This document shows, in pieces, positions 22,054 through 33,955 of a DNA stretch of 64,000 nt. This stretch comes from Squalus acanthias (taxonomy: Eukaryota). Within the stretch, counting starts at the first letter, position 1. The number at the start of each line of letters is the position of its first letter. The translations under genes were made by a program, and so were the position numbers. The stretch covers positions 372,001 through 436,000 of the forward strand of contig JASTWF010000353.1 in NCBI GenBank assembly GCA_030390025.1, given 5' to 3'. The notes under the pieces are model-generated. The model did not search any database. It was not told the DNA's origin and saw only the letters and a list, made by a program, of their open reading frames with translations.

Positions 22054-24405
22054 TTACGCGGTGCTTTCATCGTGCACGCGCACGTAACGTTCTCGCCACT
22101 CTCCCGTGTTTTCGCTCTTGGTGAGGCGTTTGCCTCTCTTACAGTGTACGACCAATAAGTATATCACAATAAACACTTGGCATACAACTAAATTGTGGGA
22201 GGCTATTCTAATCCAGGAAGGCACTTCAATGTTGGTGAACAGATCCCACCACGGTGGAATTACTATGTCCAGAATTTCTGTCCCTATCTCGACAGTCTTT
22301 TGTTCTAGGGTGTAAAAATGTTTTTGCGATACCGCGACGGCTTTCAAAAGCTTGGTGAGGTGTTCAGGGAGAGGGGGAATGAGGTATCCGAAATGCGCGA
22401 CGAATCGCTGCAGGTCGGTGAAGCTCTCTTTTACTGTAAGATGAACAGTGGATGGTTCAGGGATCGGGACAATTCGCTGTTGTGCTACTTGAACTTCCGC
22501 CCTGGGTTTAAAACAGAAACTGCTGTCCCTCACCGGACACCGGCTGCGGTTTCCATGCTGGTAGTGTTGCGCTGCAGTGGTAACGCAATATGTTCCACCC
22601 CCGATGTATGCTACCTGCGGAGGCACATGATCTTGTGCCATTGCCTCCATGGTGCAATTCATGGGCTTGGCGCCAGCCGTTCTGAACCCGCACTGTGGTG
22701 TTAAAAAGGCATTCAAGTGCTGGGGACACAGTATTATGTGTGCTCCCCGGCCACGACAACCAGAGAGATCTGTACCTGTCATCGTTTGCTCCCAGCGGAT
22801 GACGTAAGGTGGAACCGCTGCATAGCGAATGTGGGCTCCCCCCTGAATGACACCAATGTTCTCTACCCGATACACCGGGGCGGGCTTTGCTGTGTCGCCC
22901 AAAACCGGCATACGTAAAACTATACCGATGATGGTATGGTTTGATCGTCCGCAGTCCACGGGGACTGGGTATGCTTCTGAAGCTAGCCTGAGCTGGCACG
23001 GTCTTAATGCGTTCTGAAAAGGGTGGAGCGCCTGCAGGTGTTTGTTACTTATCCAGGACGGGACCAAACCTTGTTTTAAATCCTCCAAATTACTGCGGCC
23101 CTCGCCCAGTAACCACGCCCCGTAAAGCACGCGCACCTCGTTCTGCGCAGCCTGATCGGACGCATTCCGATCTTCCCTGATCAGGGCATTTACCGTCTTT
23201 GCATGTTTCTCCAGCTCAGCTATGATTTCTTTTAAATGGAGAGTCATGGCCTGGTCCTCGTGTAACCCAGACCCAACCACCTTATCTTCATCTGTGAGAA
23301 TATTCTTTAATTGTGTTTTTAAGCCATTAATCTGGGTCTGCAGCTCCACGCTGTCTAGAGCGTTGACCACAGATGTACCTGTAATGAAAGCAGTGAACAT
23401 GTCGTTCACAACACCCCTTCTTTGTCTCCCCACCTGACCCAAAACTTCATGTGGTGCGGTGTACAAACTTGTTTTTTCAATTTCCGCGAAATCGAACTCA
23501 TAAAATTGCCTAAACATCTTGGTCAACAGGACCTGATATAACTGTTCCGTCTCTTTGGGGCACCACTCCGGCAACCGCACCTCGGTGAGATTTAAAATCA
23601 CCGAGGCCACCGCGTAATGTACCCCCTGAAATAGTATCTGGTCTGTGGGGACCAGTACCAAACCATTCCCGGGTCCCTTACTAGTTTTAGGGCACCCTTC
23701 TTCCTCAGCTAGAACCACCGGAATCGTGGGCGGGGCTTTGCGTGGGCGCGTAATGAGCTCAGTGGCATTTACCGGGATCGAAGAGTATGGGGCTCCGCAC
23801 CCCCTGGTGCTCGCATCCCACCTCATCCCCTGTCCGTTATCCTGCCACTGATTAATGAAGAATATGGATATGCCTTTGGGGCAAACGTGCTTTGACCCCC
23901 ACATACATACATAAATTCCCTCATCCGGTTCCCACCATTTGTCCCAACAGACTCTCACTTGTCCGTTTGTCCCCGTAATTGTCTGATGGGTATTATTACT
24001 CAGTCGTTTCCACTCGACCGAAGAGTTCCTCATGTTTTTGCTCAGCTTTCGTAGCCACCACCATCGGCTCAATGGGACATTCCCATTACAAGTCAAACAA
24101 ATCCGTTTGCCGACGGTGACGCTGACTCTGGGTGCGATGATCCTCACTTTGGGGCACATTAAAGAAGTCTCTTTGTAGGCAAAACCCGATGTACTGGAAT
24201 ACTCAGTGGAATTCGTTCCCAGCCATCCTGGCCACCTTCCCTTGTGGAAATAGGTGGTGGTCTCCTCAGCCTCTCGCCTTCCGGTCCCATCCACCGCGAT
24301 GGGGGCCGTGTCCCCGGAACATCCAAACACCACGACATCCTTGGTGCGGCCTCGATAGGCCAATCCACATCCGATTGCCGCGAGCAATACTAGAATTCGT
24401 TCCAT
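22054..24405 (-). CDS. env: Provirus C intact Env (783 aa from MERIL; frame open up to 24564)
   Basis: Signal peptide, Ig-like DEGIYVC, RQRR furin site, fusion peptide and heptad, Cys-rich region, PPWW, TM, tail. Confidence 0.92.
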   Translation of the reverse strand: MERILVLLAAIGCGLAYRGRTKDVVVFGCSGDTAPIAVDGTGRREAEETTTYFHKGRWPGWLGTNSTEYSSTSGFAYKETSLMCPKVRIIAPRVSVTVGKRICLTCNGNVPLSRWWWLRKLSKNMRNSSVEWKRLSNNTHQTITGTNGQVRVCWDKWWEPDEGIYVCMWGSKHVCPKGISIFFINQWQDNGQGMRWDASTRGCGAPYSSIPVNATELITRPRKAPPTIPVVLAEEEGCPKTSKGPGNGLVLVPTDQILFQGVHYAVASVILNLTEVRLPEWCPKETEQLYQVLLTKMFRQFYEFDFAEIEKTSLYTAPHEVLGQVGRQRRGVVNDMFTAFITGTSVVNALDSVELQTQINGLKTQLKNILTDEDKVVGSGLHEDQAMTLHLKEIIAELEKHAKTVNALIREDRNASDQAAQNEVRVLYGAWLLGEGRSNLEDLKQGLVPSWISNKHLQALHPFQNALRPCQLRLASEAYPVPVDCGRSNHTIIGIVLRMPVLGDTAKPAPVYRVENIGVIQGGAHIRYAAVPPYVIRWEQTMTGTDLSGCRGRGAHIILCPQHLNAFLTPQCGFRTAGAKPMNCTMEAMAQDHVPPQVAYIGGGTYCVTTAAQHYQHGNRSRCPVRDSSFCFKPRAEVQVAQQRIVPIPEPSTVHLTVKESFTDLQRFVAHFGYLIPPLPEHLTKLLKAVAVSQKHFYTLEQKTVEIGTEILDIVIPPWWDLFTNIEVPSWIRIASHNLVVCQVFIVIYLLVVHCKRGKRLTKSENTGEWRERYVRVHDESTA

Positions 24406-24696
24406 CCTTCCTTGGTTCCTGTGATCAGATAGAATGAGGTAGCCAGCCTCCCAAGAGTCTCTGGCTTTTGTGAAGGGTGAGCGGGTCCCCTGACCTCGCC
24501 TCACGTAAGAAGACATGTGCACTGGATAGACTTTAACTATTCCTACTTCTAAAACTCCCATCATTTTACCATTTTCTTGTAAAAAAATTAAACTACAAAC
24601 TTAACCTGATTTAAAACTATAAATTTACACTTATAAACTTATAAACTCAGCCTTAACTTAAACTGTACAGCGCCGCCCGTACTCAGGGCGGCCTAC

Positions 24697-25809
24697 TCAA
24701 AGTCTGTGAAGGCGGCCACAAGCTTTTCCCAATGGTGGGAGGGCACTGACCCCTTCCTTTGATCTGCCGCAGCCTGTCGCTGCTGCGCTGGGACTGGGAT
24801 CTCCCTGGGCTGCCTTGACCTTGAACTTACGCCTGGGGGCGTACGGGGGACTTACCCACATCTTTCTGGGCTGGGGTTTCCGACTTGACCTACGGGGAAC
24901 TACCGGGGGCAGGAACTCCAGGACTGACGGACCGGGTTCCGAGACTTCCACCGTGGCGACCTGTGGTCCCACCACAGTCGCTGGCTCCGCCTCCCCTGAC
25001 TCCGCCTCCCTGAACTCGGGATCTGCAGCTTGTGGCACCGCCCTACTTGGCCCAGTAGGCGGCCCTTCACTCGCAGTCCCTACCTCCCTCGAGGGCAAGA
25101 CGTTCAAGGCGGGCGGCTCGGGCTCTGAGGCTTCCATCGCCACGCCCTGTGGTCCCACCACAGCGGCTGGCTCCGCCTCCCCTAGCTCCGCCCCCCTGCG
25201 TTCGGGACCTGCAGCTTCGGCCTCCACCCTGTGTGGATCTCTATCTGCAGCCCCTGTCTCCCCTATACCTGAATCGGGGGCGACCCTTTCGTCCTCCGAT
25301 TCCAGCTCCTCTTCGCTTGTGTCACTATCTTCGTTGAGCTCTTCGAGCTCTTCCTCATCTGACTCCCAACCCAAATAAAGGATCCTACATTTTTCTAGGA
25401 TGTCCTCTCCCCTGATGCAAGCTGCTTTGCCTGCCTGTGTGCCCTGTGGCCCTACCTGGGGCTGCGAGTCCCCACTCGCAGGTTTGGCCCCTGTGGTTGG
25501 CCCTTGTGCACCCGGCTTATACAGTTTCCACTGATTTAAATCCTCATTCTCCCTGCTTCTGGCTACCCTGTAGGCTGCTTTTATCCCTCCAAGCTGCCCT
25601 TCCAGCACGTCTAACTTTCCCATTAAGCGGGCGTTCTCCTCCAGCAGGGCCTGCTCTCTAAGCTGCCCTTCTAGCCCATCTACTTTCCCCATTAAGCAGG
25701 CGTTCTCCTCCCGCAGGGCCTGCTCTTTTAACCTGGCCTCCTTACAGGAGACCCCCTCCTGTGCGTGTCTTTTAAAAGGACACAGGTAGGCAGGCTGCGT
25801 GGGCTCTAG
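24697..25809 (-). CDS. Provirus C residual pol frame: coiled-coil insert fused to the integrase C-terminal tail
   Basis: Open frame from the gag TGA-CTAG (39 codons, no stop) into ORF 24697-25692; the tail matches the D pol tail. Confidence 0.75.
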   Translation of the reverse strand, partial: LEPTQPAYLCPFKRHAQEGVSCKEARLKEQALREENACLMGKVDGLEGQLREQALLEENARLMGKLDVLEGQLGGIKAAYRVARSRENEDLNQWKLYKPGAQGPTTGAKPASGDSQPQVGPQGTQAGKAACIRGEDILEKCRILYLGWESDEEELEELNEDSDTSEEELESEDERVAPDSGIGETGAADRDPHRVEAEAAGPERRGAELGEAEPAAVVGPQGVAMEASEPEPPALNVLPSREVGTASEGPPTGPSRAVPQAADPEFREAESGEAEPATVVGPQVATVEVSEPGPSVLEFLPPVVPRRSSRKPQPRKMWVSPPYAPRRKFKVKAAQGDPSPSAAATGCGRSKEGVSALPPLGKACGRLHRL

Positions 25810-27615
25810 TCATTGGGTACTGTTGGACGGGGCTGCGGCATCTGCGGGGCCGGTAGCGACTGCCACCCTTCCTTGCGAAATCATGAGGGTGCGCATGGCT
25901 CCCAACATTGATTCGATCGCATCGGGATGGATAGGTGCACCAGCTCCCCTATCAGAGACAGGCGCCTGGGCTCGGACTGCGGGATTTTTATCCCTGGACT
26001 CCTTCCAAGGATTCCTGCAGTTCTTGCACCAGTGACCTGTCTTTCCGCATCCGAAACAAGCATTACTGGCCTGTGGGACGCGATTTCCCTCCTGATGCCA
26101 CTCCTTTTGAGCCGGGGCTGTGGGCCGCGCCTCATGCACCTTTCCCTTAGGGGGACGTGCTCCCGCACTCCTGGTATTTCGGTACCCTACCGTGAGTCGA
26201 TTTAGGATCGACTCCTCTGTAGTGGCGGGGTTAGTGGGATCAAACCACGCTTTGGCCTGCTCCCTGACGGCTGGCAAACTGTTGGCTACTATACACCTGA
26301 GCCATTGAGTTAAACCGACACCGTCTATGTGGTGACGCGCTGGCGCGCCTGGGCAGCTACGTCGATATACTGGCCACAGCCTGTCGGCGAAAACCTTCGG
26401 GGGTTCTCCCTCCATCTGCACTGTTTGTCCCAATCTAACGAACGGACCTTCATCGTCCGCCCCCAACACTTCCAGGACCTCGTCCCTCAATTCCCCATAG
26501 GTATTATTTCCCCTCTTGCTCTCGTCTGAGAGACACTGAAGGATCGAGCTGTCTAATGAGAACAACAGCATTTTTGCTTTTTCCCCATCGTCGCAGCCGT
26601 TAATGGCCGCGGTCTGCTCTACCTCCCTGAAATGTACGGAAGGGTCGTCTGACTCGGACAGCTTCCGTACGTGACTGATCATAGCCCTCAGCTGGTGTGA
26701 GCTGTGAGGCAACACAAGCTGGTTGAGGAGATCCCCCTCTGCCCCACCTGCTCCGTTCGGGCCCCTCTTGATACCCGTGACCGGACACAACGGTCCCGGC
26801 TTCACTTCTACCTCAGGGGGCTCTTCCTCTACTTCTACCACTTCCTTCCTTACCCAGGTTGCCGAATAGCTGTGTGGCGCGGAGGGCACAGTGGCAAATA
26901 CCTCCTCTGCTTTGTTCGGTGGGGATTTCTGAAATTCCCCACCCACCAGCGGCTGGTGTGCTGACGGGCTGATAAGGCACACCATGCCGTGCGCTTTATT
27001 CAGGGCCTCTTTAAGGTTCCCTATCTCTCTTTGGCAGACGCTGTGATCGGCCCCCTGATGTTTATCCTCGAGGGCCATCTTATAAACCGCCCTAACCCCC
27101 GTTAAGCTCTCTTCCTGGGCTTTTATTTGGGCAGCTAGGCGGGCACATCATTCCTTTATTCTGCCCTCATTTAACTTTGCCTCAGTGACCTGGCACTCGA
27201 GGTAATCTATTTTCGCCTCATGGTGGTTGGCAACTAATTGGCGTTCTTGATGCAACGCATTTAAAGACGCGATGAGCTGCTGCCCCCCCGCGACCTTCTC
27301 GTCCATTTCCACCCCTAAACCCTTGATCTGCGCTGCCTGCGCTAAGATGACCTGGTCCGAAAGCTGGACTTGTCTTTTATAGCACATCAGCCAGACCGCT
27401 TTCTCTACTGTTCTTTTATGTTCCTTGCTACCTGTCCACCTCACGGCTGCTTCTAGTGGATGCTTATCCACCAGCAGGTCACTTATCCATTTCTTAGTCA
27501 AATTCACTTTTCCAAACACATAATCTGCTATTCTCTCTTCCATAATATTTCGCCCATTCATACCAGGGTCTAACACATTATTTTCTCGCTGCCAGTGTCC
27601 CTTCGTGGTCGCCAT
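25810..27615 (-). pseudogene. gag: Provirus C gag, one in-frame TGA at 27148-27150
   Basis: ORFs 27148-27615 and 25810-27078 are in the same frame; CCHC knuckle. Confidence 0.9.
27597..27614 (-). promoter_or_regulatory. PBS of C, second tRNA-Arg(TCG) isodecoder
   Basis: TGGCGACCACGAAGGGAC, complementary to the tRNA 3' end ...GTCCCTTCGTGGTCG-CCA (recalled sequence). Confidence 0.85.
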
Positions 27616-27619
27616 TATC

Positions 27620-29267
27620 TGTAAGGGGTGACCTGCGGCTCTGTGCTTAGCCTGGGTGCTAGTGCGAGGTTAGGCCTTGTCGCCTGTTCTGGTCTCCAGC
27701 CAGCCTGATAACACAGACACCTGTGAGTGGTTCGACCCACTCGCCCTTACGGTTCTGACACTGGACTTAGGTGCGAGAGCAATAATGCAGAGAAAGACTC
27801 AGGTAGACCCGGTTGAATAGTGCGAAATGGAAAATCTTTATTGCATATTATTCAAGATTACGAGATACATGTCATAAGCACAGATTAATGACATTACAAT
27901 CTTACACACAGTTATGAAACTAATTTTAGGGAAACGAGGAGCGCATGACACATCGTAAAAAGGGACACACATTATACTTATCCGTAAAACTTAAACCCTC
28001 CCCTATCAATACCTGTCCTAATCTAGATTTGTAGGATCGAGACTCATGCTCACTACTCGTGATAACTCGGAGAATTCTGAAACTCTGCTCGGATGTTTTT
28101 ACCGCAGCACCTGACTATCCACGTGTTGATCAGGGGTCTCTGTACCCCACTTGTTTACTCGTTTCTGCTCCGGCTAGCAGGCTGGACCGTCTGCTGTCAT
28201 GAAGATCTGTGTTGTCCTCGGAGTTCCGATACTACTCGAAAAAGAGTCTTCCTGTGCCCTCACCAGTTTGTAAAATTCAAAGAAAGGTCTTCCTGGGCAA
28301 GGAAGTGTTTATTCGACTTACAGGCGCGGTCGGGGCTTACTGACCGTGGCGATGCGTATTGTCGTCTTCTTCTCTTCTCATCTCATCTCATCTCCTCTCG
28401 GGGCTTCGGTTCCAACACCGTTTACCGACTTTTCGGGATGGTGCGCCCGTTTCAAGGCCTCATAGCCCAGTTCTACACAGATCTTCGCGGCAAGCCACGA
28501 GGTTGATCCTAGCGGATCAGAGTCCAGAGCCGTCAGGCAAGAGAATAAAAGTTCAACAGTGTTCCAGCGAGTCAAAACAGCAAGTGCAAGAAGAAGCAGA
28601 GACAGCAGTCAGCAGCAAGAGTAGCAAGCGAAGAGAGAGATGGACGGTTGTACCTTACAGTTATAGTGCTGTAATTCCTCTTTTCCCGCCCAATCTTAAT
28701 GTCTATCTTTTGTCAGGGTTTTGGTGCTCAAACTTCTTGTATAGGGTGATCTCCGTTTTTAATGGGTTTCGGTGATACTTGTAACTGTCTGAGTACCCGT
28801 TAATACTTCTCCCATTGTGGAACCGGCTAGTAGTCTCCCTGGAGGGGTTTTGGGGCTTCCAAATGCTTTCTGTAACTACCCGCGAACGGCTCTCTCATCG
28901 TAGAGTTGTGGGGATTTTGCATATTAATGTCTTTGGATGGGTCCTTGATCGCTCGGTACAATAGCCCTTATTCTCACCTGGGAGACCGATTCCAGTATTT
29001 ATGTATAAAATGCAAACCCATCATGTCTTGTGAATTATCTCAAATGTGCTGAGTCCTGTACGATCTTGCACAAATGTTTATTGGAACGCCATCTTGTCTG
29101 CCCATTGAAAGTCTAGAACGTTCTGCCACGAGGCGTGGCGGCCATTTTACAGGCTGTTTGTGTCCGCTTTGAAACCTGACAGCATTCTGCTGAAATAAAG
29201 CTGTTTGTACGAAACTTTATGTCTCCTTCTTATTTTATAAAATCACGATAATTTTGCGAATTCTACA
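27620..29267 (-). repeat. 5' LTR now attached to C; true partner of the LTR at 54310-55957
   Basis: TG...CA; right flank TGGG in satellite. Confidence 0.93.
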
Positions 29268-30743
29268 TGGGACAGTGGAGAGGGAACTTTACTCTGTATC
29301 TAACCTATGCTGTACCAGTCCTGGGAGTGTTTGATGGGACAGTGTAGAGGGCGCATTACTCTGTATCTCACCCGTGCTGTACCAGCCCTTGGAGTGTTTG
29401 ATGGGAGAGTGTAGAGGGAGCTTTACTCTGTATCCAACCTGTGCTCTACCTGACCTGGGAGTGTTTCATGGGGCAGTGTAGAGGGGTCTTTTTCTGCAAC
29501 TAACCCGTGCTGTACCAGGCCTTGGAGTGTTTGATGGGTGGGTCTAGAGGGAGTTTTACTCTGTATCTAACCTTTGCTGTACCTGCTCTGGGAGTGTTTG
29601 ATGAGACAGTGTAGAGGGAGTTTTACTCTGTATCTAACCTTTGCTGTACCTGCTCTGGGAGTGTTTGATGGGACAGTGTAGAGGGAGCTTTACCCAGTAT
29701 CTAAGCCATGCTGTACCTGTCCTGGGAGTGTTTGATGGGACAGTGTAGAGGGAGTTTTATTCTGTGCTTAACCTGTTCTGTACCTGTCCCGGGAGTGTTT
29801 GACGGGACAGTGTAGAGGGAGCTTTACTCTGTCTCTTACCTGTGCTGTACCTGCCCTTGGAGTGTTTGATGGGACAGTGTAGAGGGAGCTTTACTCTGTA
29901 TCTAACCCGTGCTGTACCTGTCCTGGGAGTGTTTGATGGGACAGTGTGGAGGGAGTTTTACTCTGTATCTAAGCCATGCTGTACCTGCCTTGGGAGTGTT
30001 TGATGGGACAGTGTAGAGGGAGTTTTACTCTGTATTTAACCTGTTCTGTACCTGCTCTGAGAGTGTTTGATGGGACAGCGTAGAGGGAGCTTTACTCTGT
30101 ATCTAAGCCATGCATTACCTGCCCTGGGAGTTTTTGATGGGAGAGTGTAGAGCGAGTTTTACTCTGTATGTAACCTTTGCTGTACCTGCTCTGGGAGTGT
30201 TTGATGGGACAGTGTAGAGGGTGCTTTACTCTGTATCTAACCCGTGCTGTACCTGCTCTGGGTGTGTTTGATGGGACAGTGTAGAGGAAGCTTTACTCTG
30301 TATCAAACCCGTGCTGTACCTGGCCTGGGAGTGTTTGATGGGATAGTGTAGTGTGAGCCTTACTCTGTATCTAACCCATGCTGTACCTGCCCCGGGAGTC
30401 TTTGATGGGACAGTGTAGAGGGAGCATTACTCTGTATCTAACCCATGCTGTACCTGCCCTGGGAGTGTTTAATGGGACAGTGTAGTGTGAGCTTTACTCT
30501 GTATCTAACCCGTTCTGTACCTGCCCTGGGAGTGTTTGATGGGACAGTGTAGAGGGAGCATTACTCTGTATCTAACCCGTGCTGTACCTGTCCCGGGAGT
30601 GTTTGATGGGACAGTGGAGAGGGAGTTTTACTCTCTATCTAACCTGTGCTGTACCTGTCCTGGGAGTGTTTGATGGGACAGTGCAGAGGGAGCTTTACTA
30701 TATATCTAACCCATGCCGTACATGCCCTGGGATTGTTTGTTGG
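29268..30743 (+). repeat. 67-bp tandem satellite, about 22 units
   Basis: Unit GGGAGTGTTTGATGGGACAGTGTAGAGGGAGCTTTACTCTGTATCTAACCCGTGCTGTACCTGCCCT. Confidence 0.95.
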
Positions 30744-31022
30744 TCATGATGCGGAGATGCCGGTGTTGGACTGGGGTGGACAAAATTGAGAGGTCGCACA
30801 ACACCAGGTTATAGTCCAACAGTTTTATTTGAAATCACAAGCTTTCGGAGCTATCGATTGCTCCTTCCTCAGGTGAAGTAAATTAGATACAGAATCGCCA
30901 AAATGCTTTGGCGATTCTGTATCTAATTTACTTCACCTGAGGAAGGAGCAATCGATAGCTCCGAAAGCTTGTGATTTCAAATAAAACTGTTGGACTATAA
31001 CCTGGTGTTGTGCGACCTCTCA
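30744..31022. mobile_element. Penelope-like insertion forming a perfect inverted repeat
   Basis: Arms 30784-30902 and 30907-31025 (119 bp), 4-nt loop; 12-bp TSD ATTGTTTGTTGG at 30732-30743 and 31023-31034; empty paralogous site near 58735. Confidence 0.82.
30933..30974 (+). ncRNA. Minimal type I hammerhead ribozyme motif; mirror copy on the minus strand at 30835-30876
   Basis: TCAC-CTGAGGA-A-GGAGC-aatcgata-GCTCC-GAAA-GC-TT-GTGA: core boxes, stems I and II, palindromic AAGCTT stem III. Confidence 0.72.
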
Positions 31023-31047
31023 ATTGTTTGTTGGGACAGTGTAGAGG

Positions 31048-31813
31048 CGAAGACGAAGTCCAACACCGCCTTCAGTGTGCCAGTGCAGCCTTCGGTCGCC
31101 TGAGGAAGAGAGTGTTGAAGACCAGGCCCTGAAACCCAGCAGCAAGCTCATGGTCTACAGAGCAGTAGTAATACCCGCCCTCCTGTATGCTTCAGAGACG
31201 TGGACCATGTACAGCAGGCACCTCAAAGCACTGGAGAGGTACCACCAACGCTGCCTCCGCATGTTCCTGCAAATCCATTGGCAGGATAGGCGCACCAACG
31301 TCAGTGTTCTTGCCCAGGCCAACATCCCCAGCATCGAAACTTTGACCCCGCTCGATCAGCTCCGATGGACGGGCCACATCGTCCGCATGCCCGATACGAG
31401 ACTCCCAAAACAAGCGCTCTACTCGGAGCTCCGACACGGCAAGAGAGCCCCAGGTGGGCAGAGGAAACGCTTCAAGGACACCCTCAAAGCCTCCTGGAAA
31501 AAGTGCAACATCCCCACTGACACCTGGGAATCCCTGGCCCAAGACCGTACAAAGTGGAGGAGAAGCATCCGGGAAGGCGCCGAACACCTCGAGTCTCTTC
31601 GCCGGGAGCAAGAGGAAGCCAAGCGCAAACAGCACAAGGAGCGCACGTCAACCCAAGCACCCCACCCACCCGCCCCTTCAACCACCGTCTGCCCCACCCG
31701 TGACAGAGACTGTAGGTCCCGCATTGGACTCATCAGTCACCTGAGAACTCATTTTAGTGTGGAAGCAAGTCATCCTCGGTTCCGAGGGACTGCCTAAGAA
31801 GAAGAAGAAGAAG
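31048..31813 (+). mobile_element. 5'-truncated RTE-clade LINE fragment
   Basis: ORF 31075-31797 with RTE C-terminal motifs (ETWT..., QLRWTGHIVRM.D.RLPK, RKRFKD); (AAG)n tail. Confidence 0.85.
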
Positions 31814-31913
31814 GGTGGATCGAGCTTTACTGTATCTAACACGCCCTGGGAGTGTTTGATGGGACAGTGTAGAGCGAGCATTACTGTATCTAACCCGTGC
31901 TGTACCTGCCCTT
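31814..31913 (+). repeat. 67-bp satellite remnant
   Basis: Degenerate units ending CTGCCCTT at the D LTR. Confidence 0.85.
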
Positions 31914-32911
31914 TGTAGAATTCGCAAAATTATTGCGATTTTATAAAATAAGAAGGAGACATAAAGTTTCGTACAAACAGCTTTATTTCAGCAGAATGCT
32001 GTCAGGTTTCAAAACGGACACAAACAGCCTGTAAAATGGCCGCCACGCCTCGTGGCAGAACGTTCTAGACTTTCAGTGGGCAGACAAGATGGCGTTCCAA
32101 TAAACATTTGTGCAAGATCGTACAGGACTCAGCACATTTGAGATAATTCACAAGACATGATGGGTTTGCATTTTAAACATAAATACTGGAATCGGTCTCC
32201 CGGGTGCAAACAAGGGCTATTGTACCGAGCGATCAAGGACCCATCCAAAGACATTAATATGCAAAATCCCCACGGCTCTACGATGAGAGAGCCGTTTGCG
32301 GGTACTTACAGTAAGCATTTGGAAGCCCCAAAACCCCTCCAGGGAGACTACTCAGACAGTTACAAGTGTCACCGAAACCCATTAAAGACTGAGATCACCC
32401 CATACAAGAAGTTTGAGCGCCAAAACCCTGACAAAAGATAGACATTAAGATTGGGCGAGAAAAGAGGAATTACAGCACTATAACTGTAAGGTACAACCAT
32501 CCATCTCTCTCTTGCTGCTTTGACTCGCTGGAAGGCTGCTGAACTTTTATTCTCTTGCCTGACGGCTCTGGACTCTGATCCGCTAGGATCAACCTCGTGG
32601 CTTGCCGCGAAGATCTGTGTAGAACTGGGCTGTGAGGCCTGGAAGCGGGCGCACCATCCCGAGAAGTCGGTAAACGGTGTTGGAACCGAAGGCCCGAGAG
32701 GAGATGAGATGAGATGAGATGAGATGAGATGAGAAGAAAAGAAGACGACAATACGTATCACCACGGTCAGTAAGGCCCGACCGCGCCTGTAAGTCGAATA
32801 AACACTTCTTCGAATTTTATCGGCTACTCCACAACTGGCCTAGGAAGACCCTTCTATCGAACCGGTGTAGGGCACAGGAAGACTCTTTTTTTTGAGTATT
32901 ATCAGAACTCC
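31914..32911 (+). repeat. Truncated 5' LTR of D, fused to mid-gag by a deletion
   Basis: Starts TGTAGAATTC; joins gag at a CCG microhomology near 32910; PBS and gag N-terminus lost. Confidence 0.88.
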
Positions 32912-33892
32912 GTTGTGTCCGGTCACGGGTATCAAGAGGGGCTCGAACAGAGACGGTGGGGCACAGGGGGATCTCCTCAACCAGCTTGTGTTGCCTCACA
33001 GCTCACACCAGCTGAGGGTTATGATCAGTCACGTACGGAAGCTGGCCGAGTCAGACGACCCTTCCGTACATTTCAGGGAGGTAGAGCAAACCGCAGCCAT
33101 TAACGGCTGCGACGATGGGGAAAAAGCAAAAATGCTGTTGTTCTCATTAGACAGCTCGATCCTTCAGTGTCTCTCAGACGAGAGCAAGAGGGGAAATAAT
33201 ACCTATGGGGAATTGAGGGATGAGGTCCTGGAAGTGTTGGGAGCGGACGATGAAGGTCCGTTCGTTAGATTGGGACAAACAGTGCAGATGGAGGGAGAAC
33301 CCCCGAAGGTTTTCGCCGACAGGCTGTGGCCAGTATACCAGCGTAGCTGCCCAGGCGCACCAGCGCGCGCCTATTTGGACGGCGTCGGTTTAACTCATTG
33401 GCTCAGGTGTATAGTAGCCAACAGTTTGCCAGCCGTCAGGGAGCAGGCCAAAGCGTGGTTTGATCCCACTAACCCCGCCACTACAGAGGAGTCGGTCCTA
33501 AATCGACTCACGGTAGGGTACCGTAATACCAGGAGTACGGGAGCACGTCCCCTTAAGGGAAAGGTGCATGAGGCGCGGCCCACAGCCCCGGCTCAAAAGG
33601 ATGGCATCAGGAGGGAAATCGCGCCCCGCAGGCCAGTAATGCTTGTTACGGGTGTGGGAAGACAGGGCATTGGCGCAAGAACTGCAGGAACCCTTGGAAG
33701 GAGTCCAGGGATAAAAATCCCGCAGTCCGAGCCCAGGCACCTGTCTCCGATAGGGGAGCTAGTGCACCTATCCATCCAGATGCGATCGAATCAATGTTGG
33801 GAGCCATGCGCACCCTCATGATTTCGCATGGAAGGGTGGCAGTTGCTACCGGCCCCGCAGATGCCGCAGCCCCGTCCAATAGTACCCAATGA
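32910..33892 (+). pseudogene. gag: Provirus D gag, 3' half, frameshift near 33601
   Basis: PLCPVTGIKRG...; ends TGA-CTAG at 33890-33896. Confidence 0.88.
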
Positions 33893-33955
33893 CTAGAGCC
33901 CGCACAGCCCGTCTACCTGTGTCCGCTCAGCTATGATGCGTGGAAGCGACCCCTG

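Larger units (their letters stand above)
21066..29267 (-). mobile_element. Provirus C, non-autonomous (gag, pol replaced, env); chimeric after inversion with D
   Basis: 5' LTR 27620-29267, PBS 27597-27614, gag, no PR/RT/RH/IN core, intact env, PPT. Confidence 0.9.

Noticed and set aside
29268..30743. CRISPR-like regular repeats
   Set aside because: Head-to-tail 67-bp units with no unique spacers and no cas genes; eukaryotic satellite
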